Assembly: GCA_051362555.1 (NCBI GenBank)
Contig: CM120645.1
Location: forward strand, 11,904,001-11,968,000
Length of the DNA stretch: 64,000 nucleotides
Direction: 5' to 3'
DNA from: Lingula anatina
Taxonomy: Eukaryota > Animalia > Brachiopoda
Shown here: positions 1 to 13,155 of the stretch, one piece after another
How positions within the stretch are numbered: position 1 is the stretch's first letter
How the letters are laid out: each line of letters opens with the position of its first letter
Notes under the pieces: model-generated
Seen by the model: the letters and a program-made list of their open reading frames with translations, nothing else
Databases searched by the model: none
Told to the model about the DNA's origin: nothing
Made by a program: the position numbers and the translations under genes

Positions 1-3000
1 AGCCTATTACTACAAGGCTGAGTGGCCCCTGTTGATAGTGATACCAGCTTCACTGAGATACCCCTGGGTGGAGGAGATAGAGAAATGGCTGCCAGAAGTC
101 AGCCCACACCACATCAACCTGATGCAGTCTATGCAGGATACCAGGTGAGAGGTACAAAACTGCAGTCTGGGGTAGTGCAAACTTTCTCCAAATTTGCCAA
201 ATGCTAAAACTGACTTAATTGGCTTAACAAAATACCAGGAGGGTTGATTTGATTTCTTTAAGTCAAAGCTATACCATTAGTAGAAAAAATTGATGAAAAA
301 TTGGTGATTGTCTAAGCAAAAAAAAAAAAAAAAAAAATGCTAGCGCTACCCCAGACAGTCTGGTGTATACCAGGCGAAGATTTTATAAGGGAACCTTGGG
401 TAGGGTTTAAAATGTGTAAAGGTATCCTATTTGGGTTTTTTTATGCCAATTTTTTTTTTCAGTCTGTAGTATACAGAATATAACGTATAGTAAGTGATAT
501 AAGAGATATAAAGTGAAGGCTGTAGTATAAGGTGAATAAAAATATGGGAGTATTACTGTTGTCACCAGGTTCATATTCTACATACTTACAGGAAAAAGCA
601 ATTTTGGAAATGTGAATAATTATTTTTGTTTCAAATTTCTTAAGAAGCAACTCTCTGTTTCAGTGCCATCCCAACAGCAGCCATTACCATCATCACATAT
701 GGTCTTATACAACACTTCAAACCCGGCTCCCCCTGCATGGAGGCACTGGTTAACCAAAACTTCCAGGTGGTCATTGTGGACGAATCTCATTATGTCCGGA
801 ACAGGAAGACGGCCACTACCAAGGTTGTGGTACCACTGGTGCAGAGAGCCAGAAGGAAGATCTTATTAACAGGAACACCTGCTTTAGCTAGGCCATCAGA
901 GGTGAAGAGTGCTAGAGATAAAGTTTTTTTTTTTTTAGGCATGATTTGCTACATTGTCAGATAATTAATTTTTTTTCAGCCCAACATTAATGGAAAATAT
1001 CTTACAGTACAGAAATCAGATTGAAAATTTTGTCTTTAATTAGTTAATAAATTGATATACTGCTTTTACAACTTTCTCAGGTTAAGGTTTTCTTTTTCAT
1101 TCCTAAAGTCTGCATGAAGTATGCAAAATGTAATATTTCACAGTTTTCTAGGTGTGACATTGTGTTCAATGTAAAATTTTGTTAGTTGTGACATTCTTAT
1201 GTTTCCTCAGCTGTTAATTTTTCTTATGTGATCTGAATCTGTTTATGCAATTTGTTAAGATGCGACATTGTGTTAGATGCACCACTGTGTTAGGTGTGCC
1301 TTTGTGTTTTATTTCCTCAGCTCTACCCCCAGCTGGAGGCGCTGTGTCCAGGACAGTTTGGTACGTGGTCTGCCTACACCAAGAGATACTGTGATGCCCA
1401 CATGAAGTACTTTGGACACCGTGGTAGACAGTGGTACACGGGGTGAGTGTCACTAATAGTTAATGGAGAAGAACAGTGATTAATTAAACCTAGATATTTA
1501 TTTTTAAATAATTATAATTATTTAACTATTAAGTATTAAAATTTTCATCAAAATGAGACATAATTTTCAAAGTTTTTCATTTCAGTCATAAAAAGCTGAC
1601 TTTATCCAAACTCGCATTTCAGAAATTTTAATATTAATTATTATAATATTTTTTCAGTTATTTCTAATAATTGGTTAAATCCTTTTTCAGACAAGCTAGT
1701 AAGTTATAAACTTTTGATGACAGATATATGGTACACAGTGGTATTTTTAGGGAAGATCTGTCTAATGGAAAATGTATTATATTTTATTGTAACGTTTCTC
1801 TTGTTTATTGTTTATTGTAGAGGTGCTAGTAATCTCCCTGAGCTGGAGTTTAGGCTGAAGGAGACGGTCATGATACGCAGGCTGAAGAAAGATGTCCTGA
1901 CACAACTTCCACCTAAAACTAGGCAGAGGATACCCTTCCAGCTCAAACCCTCAGATTATAAAAAGGTAAGACACATCTTTCACCTTAAACCAGGTATCGC
2001 GTACCTTCCAGCTTATAAAAAGGCAAGTCAACTGGTGAATTAAGACAAAGCTCAATCTCTTCTTTTTAATGTACCCAATTTCACTGTAAATGTCTATAAT
2101 AATGTTTCAATATTCTATATATTAGGACATAGAGAAGCTCCAGAGTAAAGCAGACAGGTTATTGGATGGCAGACCCCAGGGACTACAGGAGGTGATGATG
2201 AACGGGGAGATGGCGGAACAGGGAGACAGCAGGTTCCAGATAATGAGGCTGGTCTCAGAACTGTACGTGGCCACGGGGAAGGCTAAAGTAAGGAGTTTGA
2301 CAGTACTATACAGTAATGACAGTTCTTCATTTTAAAGCTCAGACACGATTTTATCCGATTTAATCAGGAAGCTTTTTTTTTTTTCATGGTGGTTTGCCAT
2401 GTATGACCTTAACCAGTCCCAGACCCCTAGTTGTAATGTCAACAAACCATTCCTCCCTCGTTATCTTACAACCCAAAAAATCAAGTTTAAATTTTTCCAC
2501 GAGAGTGGCCTTGATTTTTCTACGGGCTAAAGGTCATCCTAGGATGTGTTTTCCTGTTTATCCAAATACCTGGATAATTTAAGACTAATTTAAGATTAGA
2601 ACTAGGCCATTGATAAACTTGGAAAAAATATGTACTGTAAGTATTTTGCTATTTCTTTAGATTAATAAGGTGACATTTACAGGTAGCACTTGTTTAACAC
2701 CATCTGTGCGACAGAAAATGATCCAGATAATATATTGACATTATAATATCTAATTAAAAATTTATAATTTCCTGTTTCTCTAGGTTGGGCCAGCCAAAGA
2801 ATACATCAAAATGCTGTGTGAGAATGACCAGTTAAAGTTCCTGGTGTTTGCCTATCATCAGGACATGCTGAACGGGTTGCAGGAGACCCTGCACGATCTG
2901 GACGTTAAGTTCATCAGGATAGATGGCAATGTGCCGCCTAAGGAGAGAGGGGTGCGTGAAAAGAATGCGTTATGACCAGCTTAATAAAATTCTTCCTTCT

Positions 3001-3383
3001 GTTTTGGTAAATATCACAATTTTGTCTGTATTTAAAAGAGTTCAGAAAGTTACTGGGTTTGGTGTGAAATGTTCAGAAAATGGGGAAACTTAAAAGGGCA
3101 GGAGGGTATTCTTCTTTCAGCATTCCCTTTTTCATCCCAATAGGTTGAATCAGTTAGTTTGTTGTGGTTTATATTTTTCAGTTTATATTGTTGTGCTAAT
3201 TTTCCTTTTTTAGATGCTCGTGGATACCTTTCAGAAAGATGCGAATACCAGAGTTGCTCTCCTCAGCATTACAGCAGCCGGGGTGGTAAGTTGCCTTTTT
3301 ATAGATAGATAAATTTTAAAAAAATTACAGAAATAATATTGTGTTCTTTGTATTTGTAGTTCACAGTGAAATCTGTGAGATTT

Positions 3384-3440
<57 letters not shown>

Positions 3441-6084
3441 AGCAACATAACAAGGAACTCTGTAGTTTCTGTAATTTCAGGGTCAAATTCTGACAAGTTG
3501 ATTAGTTGATGATTTCTACTCACACTTGCTGTAAGATAAGTGGTCTCTGTTATTCCAGGGTCTGACTCTACCAGCTAACATTTAAATTGTATTTTTCTCT
3601 ATTCTTCTCACAGTAATTAATGTGGCCACCAATATTCCAGGGCCTGACTCTAACGGCTGCCAGCTTGGTTGTGTTTGCTGAGTTATACTGGACACCAGGT
3701 ACACTGGAACAGTGTGAGGACAGGGCTCACAGGATTGGTCAACAGAACCGGGTCAATGTCCACTACCTGGTGGCTAAGGGGACAATGGACGAATGGATGT
3801 GGAGCATGATTAACAGGAAGGTATGTCCCAGTGCTTTGACATTTTAACAGAACCATGTCATTCTGATAACCCCTTGTTAAGAAAATAGGAGACTAAAATA
3901 TTATTAATGTCAAACAGAATAAGCAAGCTGGGTATCCAAAGCCAAGATAAAGTGCTGTCAGACTGAATTATTAATTTATTTACATTACAATGTCTCTGTA
4001 TGTAAGAAAAATAGAATACTATTCCATGTTATACAAGTGGCCCTAGGGATGTAAGAAATAAAATTTTACTTACCTATCCACCAGACAACTGTTGTGACAG
4101 CCACACTGAATGGAAAAGTGCAGACATTGAAGGCAGACGTCACCTATGGTGTCCACACTGACCTACTTTCCAGTGCCGAGGCTTGGAAGCCGTCAGAAGG
4201 AGATGAAGATGTCAGCATGATATTTTCACAGGTGAAGGAGTGTGTCATTTCTGTTAACCACTCAGATTTTAAATGTATTTTGGAAAGCAGCGTGAAATGT
4301 CAGTGTTAAGTGTGCTTGTTCCTTAAATTGGTAAAAATTACACTGCATTTTAATAGTAAGAGAGAGTGCCAAGTGAACATTTTCTTTGTGAACATTCATC
4401 TAGACCTTTATCACATAGATCTGGAAAAAAGTTTTTATTTATTTGACATTGGAAGCTTTTCACAATTAAACATTTAAATGTTCATTGTGTTTACCTCATA
4501 AGTTTTCTGATGTTTCCTTTTCTCTTTTGACACTTTAGCCAAGCAACCAAAGGTCCATACTTGATTTTCTGACTCCAAACAGTAACAGAAAAAAACAGCT
4601 GAAGAGAAAACAAATGTCACTCCTTGAACAAGAAAATGGCCAAAATCCCACACCTGCTAAAAAGCACAAGGGAAAGAAACTGGAGGTCAGACCTGTTGAA
4701 CCTGATGATGACTCGGCAGAAATGATAGTGCTGTCAGATGAAGACCTACCAGACATTGGTGTGAAATGTGAAAAGAAAATGGTGCTGCAAGAAAAAAGGC
4801 CACGTGCTGCAAGATTAGATGTTTCTGTATTTGATGATTCAGACAGTTTTGAAAATGAAGTCAAAGGTAAGAACCTTGCCAAGTTAAGAAATAAGACCAA
4901 GGTTAAAGAAAATCTCAAACCCAGGAGAAAATCAGTTGCTGGTGAGGAAGACATGATAATCATGGATGAAGTAAAAATGGACACACTCATTTCAGGAATA
5001 CCTCAGTGTAAAAACGAAAAGTCAAGAAAAACATCTCATTCTGAAAAAATGTCAACATCAAGTGTAACAGAAATTAGTGCAGACAGGCATTGCACATTGA
5101 GAGTGGATGAAAATGATCATAGATTAAGTATTTCCAGAGGATCTAAAGAAGAAAGTCACCCAAATGCTTTAGACAATGCTCCACTAGATAGTGGCAGAAG
5201 TGAGGGTACATCATCACCAAAAGAGGGCAGCAGGGAACAGAGTATGATTCCACCAGGTGGCAGCACCAGTGTGGACAGGTGGGCTTGTCATGTGTGCACC
5301 TTGTTGAATGAGCCACTCCATCTGTGCTGTAGAGTTTGTGGAACCCCAAGACAGACCCAGTCCAAGGTCCAGTCTCATGGTGAATTTGCCAGAGTGAATT
5401 CTGCCAAAGAGACTTCCAGCGATGGAAAACGGGAACCTAATGAGGAGGCAGAAGGGGGCGCTGATGTCTGGAGATGTGTCATGTGTACCTATGACAACCA
5501 GTCATGTGATCAGAAATGTTCCATCTGTCTTACTCCTGGAGGAAAGTCTAGGAGGAAGACTAGGAAAACTGGTGCTCCATCCAAAACTGTGTCAGAGGTG
5601 CAGACAGCACCGAAAGAACTACCTCCTATTAATGTGTCTGCTGTGGATTTTTCAGCTGAAAATAGCCATGAATTCACCATAGCAGGAACTGGTGCTACAG
5701 AGACACAAAGTGATAATGATATTGATAGTGTAAAAAGTGGTGTTTTATTGAAGCATTTTGACATTGCAGACGATGGTGCTGTTCATGAGAATTGCCAACT
5801 GGGAAATTCTTTACACAATTGTGGCAAAGATGATAAAAATGATGTGCCAAACTTTGATCTGTGTGATGATGATGATGACGACATGTTTACCATTGATGAA
5901 TACCAGAGTGATAGGGAAGAAAAAGAAAAACAAGAACGAGGTGATGGAACACTTGATGAAAGTATCAGTTTATTTGAAAGTGCTGATGATGGGGGAACTA
6001 CTTGTGATGATGGTGAAGATGACCATAGTCACTGGGATGAGGATATTGATGATGCACAGATGATACAGGCTGCTGAAGGTACTG

Positions 6085-6132
<48 letters not shown>

Positions 6133-9100
6133 GTCAATTCACTGACATTTATCAAATAACATAAAACAATTTTTGATAAAAATCTGCAAACATATTTTTA
6201 TATAATAGACATAAATATACCAATATATTGTTAAGGTTATCTGTACAAATATGTCGGTTTTTACTTTAAATAAAAAAGGATTTATATTTCACTTTGCAGA
6301 AGAAATTACTCAAACCAGCCCAGAGGTCAAGCCCAGAGTTGTCAACTTGGATGACATCCCAGTGTATGACCTCTTCATGTACAGTTGTAGCAGGAACACC
6401 AACAGAGTATACCTTCATGATAAGGTAAAATACATGACGTACAATGATCAGACTTGCCAAGTTTAAGGTTCAGCATGTGATATCATGGTGAAAAAGATAT
6501 ACTCATCATCATCATCATTGTTTGAAAAGGTGAAAAATATGTCAGTCTGTTATTACACGTGAATGCTGTGTGGGCAATTTTAGAGCTGGTCTTGGTCTGA
6601 CAAAAATTACCCTCATCACCTTACTGATACTCAGACTTGCCAAGTTAAATCATGGGAAAAGGTTGCAGTTTTTTGAAGCCCTCTTAACTTTTCTATATCT
6701 TTTATACAGTTTCAAGTGTCATCTTTTTACACACATTTCATTTGGTTGTTTCAGCATGGCGCCCCTCTCCATACCAATTTCCTGCCAAGTGATATCCTGT
6801 CTGCCAACATGGAGGACTTACCAGATCTTCTCCTCCATCCACAGAACCTGAAGCTGGTGAAGAGGTTTGCCAGGGAGTGGCAAAGGTGAGGTTCACATGT
6901 ACACATGATTTACATTTGATATTCATAGCTAATGGTATGTTTAAAGATTTTAACAGTTACTAAATTGTATACATTTATGTAATATTTTTATGACACAACC
7001 AATTCATTTTAATACTAAAAATTCACCCCTTAACCTCTAATAATAACTTTAGCCGTAAACTTTTGAAATGTCGATAATTGGTTGCTTCATGCATCACTTG
7101 CATTAAGTTTTCTGACTGTGTATAAAGGTTGATTCAGGACTGTATAAGATGTGTTCACTCTTTATAGTATTGGAGCCACAAAGCAGAGGGTGGTGGTGCG
7201 TAGAGAAGAGATGTTCACCAGTCCATTACTCCACTATGATGCTGTCAGCAAGAAGGGGCAGTCCACACAGAGATATGCCACAAAAGTAGGTGCTCTAATT
7301 TTCAGACGAATAATGCTTCTTTTGCTAAGATAAAGAATAAATCAACAAATATGACATAATACTTTCATTTTTCTTAGTCAAGCTAAATAAAGTTGAGCAT
7401 TTTCAAATTTTACACTTTTGCATGAGACAAGATATTTCAAGATGCATTATTCCTACAACTGTCAACCATTCATATAACAAACACCACATTTTCTTTCATT
7501 GCACTGTTGAATAGACTTAGATTCTCCCTCATCTTTTAAGGATGACATTGCCAAGGCATCTGCTGCCAGGGCGTCAGAGGTAGGGGGCTCTATCAGGCAC
7601 ATTACGCGACCAGACGTCAAGAGTGTTAAGAATCAGTCTCCAAGAGCAAAACTCTCCTGTCAGCACAGCACACAGGAGTCACCTAAAAGTCAGAAACTGG
7701 CACTGTCCAGTAATAGTCCTGTTACAAACATTGGGGTCAAGAGTCCTTTAGGGGTGAGCAGCATCAAAAGAAACAGCAGCAGTGGGATGAACAGCGATAA
7801 AGAGAAAAGCATTGATGAATCAAGTGAATTTGACAGTCTGAACACATCCAAAGGATTTGTTCAGGTAAGTCTGCCTTCTCCATCTTGATAATACCCTGAA
7901 TGGAGTATGAATAATTTGGCTTTCATGGAAATGTAATTCCATAACCTTTTCAAAACTTGCCTGTCTCAGCAAGCTGAGTTTGAGGACTTGAGTGTCATAC
8001 CAATAGAAAAGGTGAAAACATAACAATGTCACTTGCAAGTCATATTTTTCCAAATCTAACATAAAGAAAAAAAATTGTCAGTGCCATGCCTTACATTAAC
8101 TTTTTTCTTCTCTGAAATAGGCTCTAGATTCCAATGGAAACCCTCTGTGTCTGAATTGTCAGCAACCTTATGAGAACCATCTGCTTTCCTCGGCAACCAT
8201 CCGTAGCAACAGTGCAGCCTGGGATACGCGGTTCTGTAAGACACAGTGTAAGGAGGAATTCTGGGTAGGTCTCTATAAGAAAAATTATTTTTTGATAACA
8301 TGAAAAGTCAGTTTTACATAAGTTATACTGTATTTTTGTTTAAAGGATTTGTCTAAAGAAACATTACATTTTGTTTGATACGGGCGACAGATTTCCCCAA
8401 GATATTCTCTGGTTTGCAGTAACATATTTCCAGTTTTGTTGAACCTGAAAGGGGGGGGAGTGGGCAAGTGATCAGTATCACACCATTTGTGTTATAAAAA
8501 TTGTTTTTATCTCTACATTTTTAAGTAAAAAAAGTTATTGCTCATTAGTCATTGATTAACCTATCTTGAATCACTCTAAACATTATCCCTTGGCTTCCAG
8601 CTGCGCACCCACCGTGGCTATGGACGTGACCAGGTATTTGAGGCTGAGCGCGGCATGTGCCAGAAATGCAACTTCAATGCACACGAATTTTTTAACAAAA
8701 TAAGGTAAATTTTTTTTTATGTTGGACAGAAAAGTTAATTTTGAACTATTTTAATAAAACATGGATGGATGGATTGAAGGTTTGATGTAATGCATTTGCT
8801 ATCAAATAAATATGCAGTTTAGTAAATAGAACAACACTTTCAAAGTACCACTTCCTTTAAAAATGGTATTAGTCTTCAGAGAAAAGATTTTTCTTTTTAC
8901 TAACTTGTCTTTCGAAATTGACATGTTAATTTTTTTTCCATATAGAATTACAGGGGACTTAAAAAAGCGTGCAGATCTGATCAAGAAGAGTGTGTACAAT
9001 GTGTTGAAGGGTGAAGTCAAAGAGAAGATGGTTAGAAAGCCAGTGGAAGGCATGGTGAGTGACATATCTTGGGTAGAGAACACTCAGTCTGGTATCTATG

Positions 9101-9584
9101 TCTCACTTCTCATTTAAGAGGGCACCAGTGCCTTTACAGTATTCTTTTTTTATTAACTTACTCAATTTATTTATTTTCTTTTGCAAGTAGTTGAAGGTTG
9201 TAAGTGAAATAGGACCTTTTGTCTATTGTTAGTTGTAGATTCTTTCTCTGCCTTACCCCCAGCCCCCAGCTATTAAAAAAATTATATAAAAAAAATTAGT
9301 AGTATTTCCCACCCCCTTTTGGCTTATCCAGACTCACACTGATCTCTATAGGTTGTTTATACTATATATCTCTATGTTATTTCCAGTTCTGGCATGTGGA
9401 TCACATCAACCCAGTGTATGCAGGGGGAGGTCAGTGTGACCTGGATAACCTCCAGACTCTGTGTACAGTGTGTCACATGACAGTCACAGCACAGCAGAAC
9501 AAACAGAGACACCAAGCCAAGAGACTACAGAGGGCAGCACTGGATGGGGATATCACAGCTTTCTTTCAAAAGGCAACAAGTTGA
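1..9584 (+). CDS. ZRANB3: ZRANB3 annealing helicase/HNH endonuclease (5'-truncated by window, multi-exon)
   Basis: GT-AG exons approx <1-144, 664-901, 1321-1442, 1821-1965, 2126-2287, 2784-2951, 3214-3285, 3641-3820, 4085-4231, 4539-6078, 6300-6423, 6754-6886, 7178-7285, 7541-7864, 8121-8263, 8601-8704, 8946-9054, 9386-9584. SNF2 motifs [40 protein letters not shown]; PIP-like QRSILDFL; RanBP2/NZF zinc fingers; HNH ([26 protein letters not shown]); C-terminal DITAFF. Confidence 0.95.
6086..6130. repeat. (CT)n microsatellite in ZRANB3 intron
   Basis: Pure CT run directly after the donor at 6079. Confidence 0.95.
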
Positions 9585-9765
9585 ACAGTGAAATCGAATA
9601 AATAGACCACAGAGGGCAGCACTGGATGGGGATATCACGGCTTTCTTTCAAAAGGCAACAAGCTGAACAGTGGAATTGAATAAATAAACTATAGAGGGCA
9701 GCACTGGATGGGGGTATTTCTTTCCCAAGACAAAAGTTAAACTGTTAGATTGAAAGCAAATTAAA
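9522..9765 (+). repeat. 82-bp tandem triplication of the ZRANB3 C-terminus/stop/proximal 3'UTR
   Basis: Units start at 9522, 9604, 9686 (agactacagagggcagcactggatgggg...); third copy degenerate. Confidence 0.9.
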
Positions 9766-12342
9766 AGATTGTGGAGTACAACACTTGATAGCAGAACATG
9801 ATACTTTGAAATCTGCTTTCTTTAAATTAGTTATTCAAAGTGAATAATAACAATCCAGGTCCGATGTGCAGTGCTAGCCTCAAGTCAAGAGACTTATTGC
9901 CTGTAAGATGGGCAACGTTGTAGAGATATAACAGTGTGGGAGGAGGTCCATAACTTACCCCCACCCCCTTTCTCAGAGAAGACTATAGGGTCAATCAGTA
10001 ACATTTTATAAAATGAATACCATTCATGCCAGATATTTTGATATTATTTCTTAAAGAATTATGCAATATTGATTGATAGATGTATTATTTTATGGAATGT
10101 CAATTTTTATTTTCATTCATTAAAATGATGATTTTTAAATTGAAGGATTCTTTGTTGAGGAAAAGATGAACCCTAAAATGTTTGTGCAGTTTCAATTTGT
10201 GCAATGTGTTATCACAAATATAGTTTAGCTTCCCCATTTTCTCTTTACAAATTTGATAGTATGAAAACGATCAATAAAATAAATTGATGCAACACTCAGG
10301 CGACCATGATTTTGTCTTCCCAAAGTCAACTCTTTTTCTCTTTCTTTAGTCGAGATTAACGAGTACATTTTATCGTTTTAAATGAAAGAGGTAATCGAAT
10401 ACGTGAATCACGTGTTTGATAACTGTTTTGTTTTTTCAACAATTTTGTCAGACGTGAAACCATATTTTATCTTTCCATTTTTACCAGTGACGTATTTCTG
10501 TAATCTGCCTAGAATATTCATTATTGGATTGTTTGCAAGGCACGCATGAGTTCATGTAGAAAATGGATACTCCTGTCACGCACATAGGCCTATTACCTGT
10601 TGGTTAAGGGGAGGCACATGTTCACTCTCTAGTGTACTACAAATAAAATGCGATAATCCTTTTATGATTAAAATAAATAAATTCATGTTACTTCTTATCA
10701 TACAAGACCAGTCCCACATATTAGCATAAAAAAACGTGCCCCTACGTCGGGACCTTATTTCGCTCACAGTTTTCACAATGTTTACCGAATTAGTCTTCTC
10801 AGAATGGGAGTAAGTATTCCGCTTCCTAGTCTGATTGCAGTTAACTATTATAGAATATAAAAGATGTTTCTTTGTTATTAATTTTATAACAACTTATATA
10901 TCTGTTCGTCTGCCATTACATAACGCACACAGAAAATTCACTATGATCAATAAAAATCTACATGGTGCGGCAGTTTGTACATGTACGCATAAGGCTTTCT
11001 TGACGAAAATAGACGTTTTAATTTGTTAATTCATCGTTGAGTTATAAACATGTTCGCTGAAAGTTGGCCGGGTTATTATTATATAGTCGCCAGGTCACAG
11101 TAGTGTATAATGACACCAGACAGAAAACAATAAACATAATGATAGACCTGTAGCGCATCCCGCCTATCATTTGACTGTTCTGTACAGTATATAGGGATCG
11201 AGTGGTCAAAAACAACAGAAAAAAAGCTAGGTCACCTCCATGTATCCCCCTCCACAACCCCTTCAATAATGTTCAATATTATAACTAATTATGGTATGGT
11301 CACTAATATATTTGGAAGCTGAATATCTGGCTTATCAGTTTTGCTTTTTGAAAGTGCGGCGCCGCCTATGAAAGCTGACAGGGCCTATTTGCTGGAATCT
11401 GCAACATTTCACCTGTGCTTGAACAGCATCCTCACCAAAATTTAACTTTCGTTAATTTCTACCGTTTTCATATCTTTATCGTGTTTTGTTGCCTGACAGG
11501 TTTGCTAATTTTGAGAGGTCATCAAAACAGCGACGGCTTCTAGATGTTTAGACACACTTAGATTTTATCTGAATAGCCCACATTCGACATAGGACTAGTG
11601 CAAACAGTCTGGTGTACATGTATGATGTTTTAATTTAAAATTAATGTTTTATGAAAATATATGGTGAAGGATATACTAATAAATGTTTTTGATTTTTAAA
11701 ACCCTACATTATTTCCTTTTAACAGGCCTACGACATATATTCGTGGGCCCAACCAGTTTTGAAAGTGCAAATAGCTCACGTACAGACTTCAGATATTTTT
11801 TCTCTTCTTTCTCATATTAGAGTCCCAAAACGACTGATGCTCTTGTGACTGTGATGAAAGTGTGATGTGTGTGTATATGGTATAGCTACAAATATACCTG
11901 GTCTTGCTCAGCACAAACTGTAAAGTAAGCCCAGTGATGACACCTGTACAGGTCAGACAGGTAGGACAGCAGGCTTACCCATCCTCGGTCACCTCAGCTG
12001 TGTTTGTTATGTGTTTCTATATATTGAAAATTAAATACTTACAAACATCTCAGAATCGCCGTTTTGATACGGAATTATTGCTAATATACTGTAGTTTCAT
12101 ACTAAAGTTGAATTTTGGTGCTTTCTTAAAGATTTGAGTGTGAATTATGTATTTAATTGCTCCTTTATCTTTGCGTCTGCAATGTTTTCCCGATTAACAA
12201 CCATTTTATTAAATGAAAAGAACTTCAGGTGTCCTTCAAACTCTACAAACTGACAGACAAATATATTATTATATCTTCTGAATCGTTAGTTTCTTAATCC
12301 ATCATTCACTTTAGGTGGGAATCAAACTTTTCCAACACAAAC

Positions 12343-12434
12343 AAACACACATTCACTTCTATGCGGACTCCATATTGAAATACATGAGCGATTAAAGGCG
12401 GTGTGTTCTAAGAGGTCCGCGCGGTGGCTTTAAG
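12343..12434 (+). promoter_or_regulatory. Histone H1 promoter: H1 box, H4-box-like element, TATA-like
   Basis: AAACACA at 12343-12349, AGGTCCGC at 12413-12420, TTTAAG ~12429, upstream of ATG 12520. Confidence 0.6.
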
Positions 12435-12519
12435 TCAGGGCGCTTATTACCGGCATCATACAAATTTGAAGTAGCACCTCAATTCAACAGAGTAAGAAGA
12501 CACAAAAGAAGAATTCGTC

Positions 12520-13083
12520 ATGGCTGACACCGCTACCCCACAGAAGAAGGTCAAGGCAGCCAAGCCTAAGGCTCCAGCAGCTCACCCTAAGGTCGCCGAG
12601 ATGGTGGTTGCAGCTATTGCTGCCCTGAAAGAACGCGGAGGATCCTCTGGCCAGGCCATTAAGAAGTACATCGCGGCCAACTACAAGGTGGACATCGTGA
12701 AGATCGCACCATTCATCAAACGTTACCTGAAGAGCGGCGTCACTGCTGGCACCCTAGTCCAGACCAAAGGCAAGGGTGCTTCTGGCTCTTTCAAACTGAG
12801 CGCTGCCGCTAAGAAACCAGCAGCGAAGCCCAAGAAAGTAAAGAAGCCCAAGGCAGAGGCAAAGAAAGTGAAGAAGGTCGCCAAGTCTCCAAAGAAAGCA
12901 AAGAAGCCAGCCGGTGAGAAGAAAGCAAAGAAGGCCAAGTCTCCCAAGAAAGCTAAGTCCCCCAAGAAGGTGAAGGCAGCCAAGCCAAAGGCAGCGAAGA
13001 AGGCCAAGTCTCCGAAGAAGCCGGCCAAGAAAGCCGCCAAACCCAAGGTGAAGAAGTCCCCTAAGAAGACTGCCAAGAAGTAA
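12520..13083 (+). CDS. H1: Histone H1 (intronless, solitary)
   Basis: Globular domain [22 protein letters not shown]...[15 protein letters not shown] followed by K/A/P-rich tail with repeated SPKK motifs. Confidence 0.98.
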   Translation: MADTATPQKKVKAAKPKAPAAHPKVAEMVVAAIAALKERGGSSGQAIKKYIAANYKVDIVKIAPFIKRYLKSGVTAGTLVQTKGKGASGSFKLSAAAKKPAAKPKKVKKPKAEAKKVKKVAKSPKKAKKPAGEKKAKKAKSPKKAKSPKKVKAAKPKAAKKAKSPKKPAKKAAKPKVKKSPKKTAKK

Positions 13084-13117
13084 ATGAATACTTCTGTTGT
13101 CGTTTCTACAACTTAAC

Positions 13118-13155
13118 GGCCCTTTTCAGGGCCAACCCAAACAACCAAGAAAAGC
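13118..13155 (+). terminator. Histone 3' stem-loop plus purine-rich downstream element
   Basis: GGCCCT-TTTC-AGGGCC at 13118-13133 followed by ACCCA, then CAAGAAAAG. Confidence 0.95.

Noticed and set aside
4535-6155. Several overlapping or antisense ORFs, including an ERERER peptide
   Set aside because: Shadows of the large ZRANB3 exon and the CT microsatellite.
12723-13076. 117-aa hydrophobic minus-strand ORF
   Set aside because: Antisense shadow of the Lys/Ala-rich H1 codons.
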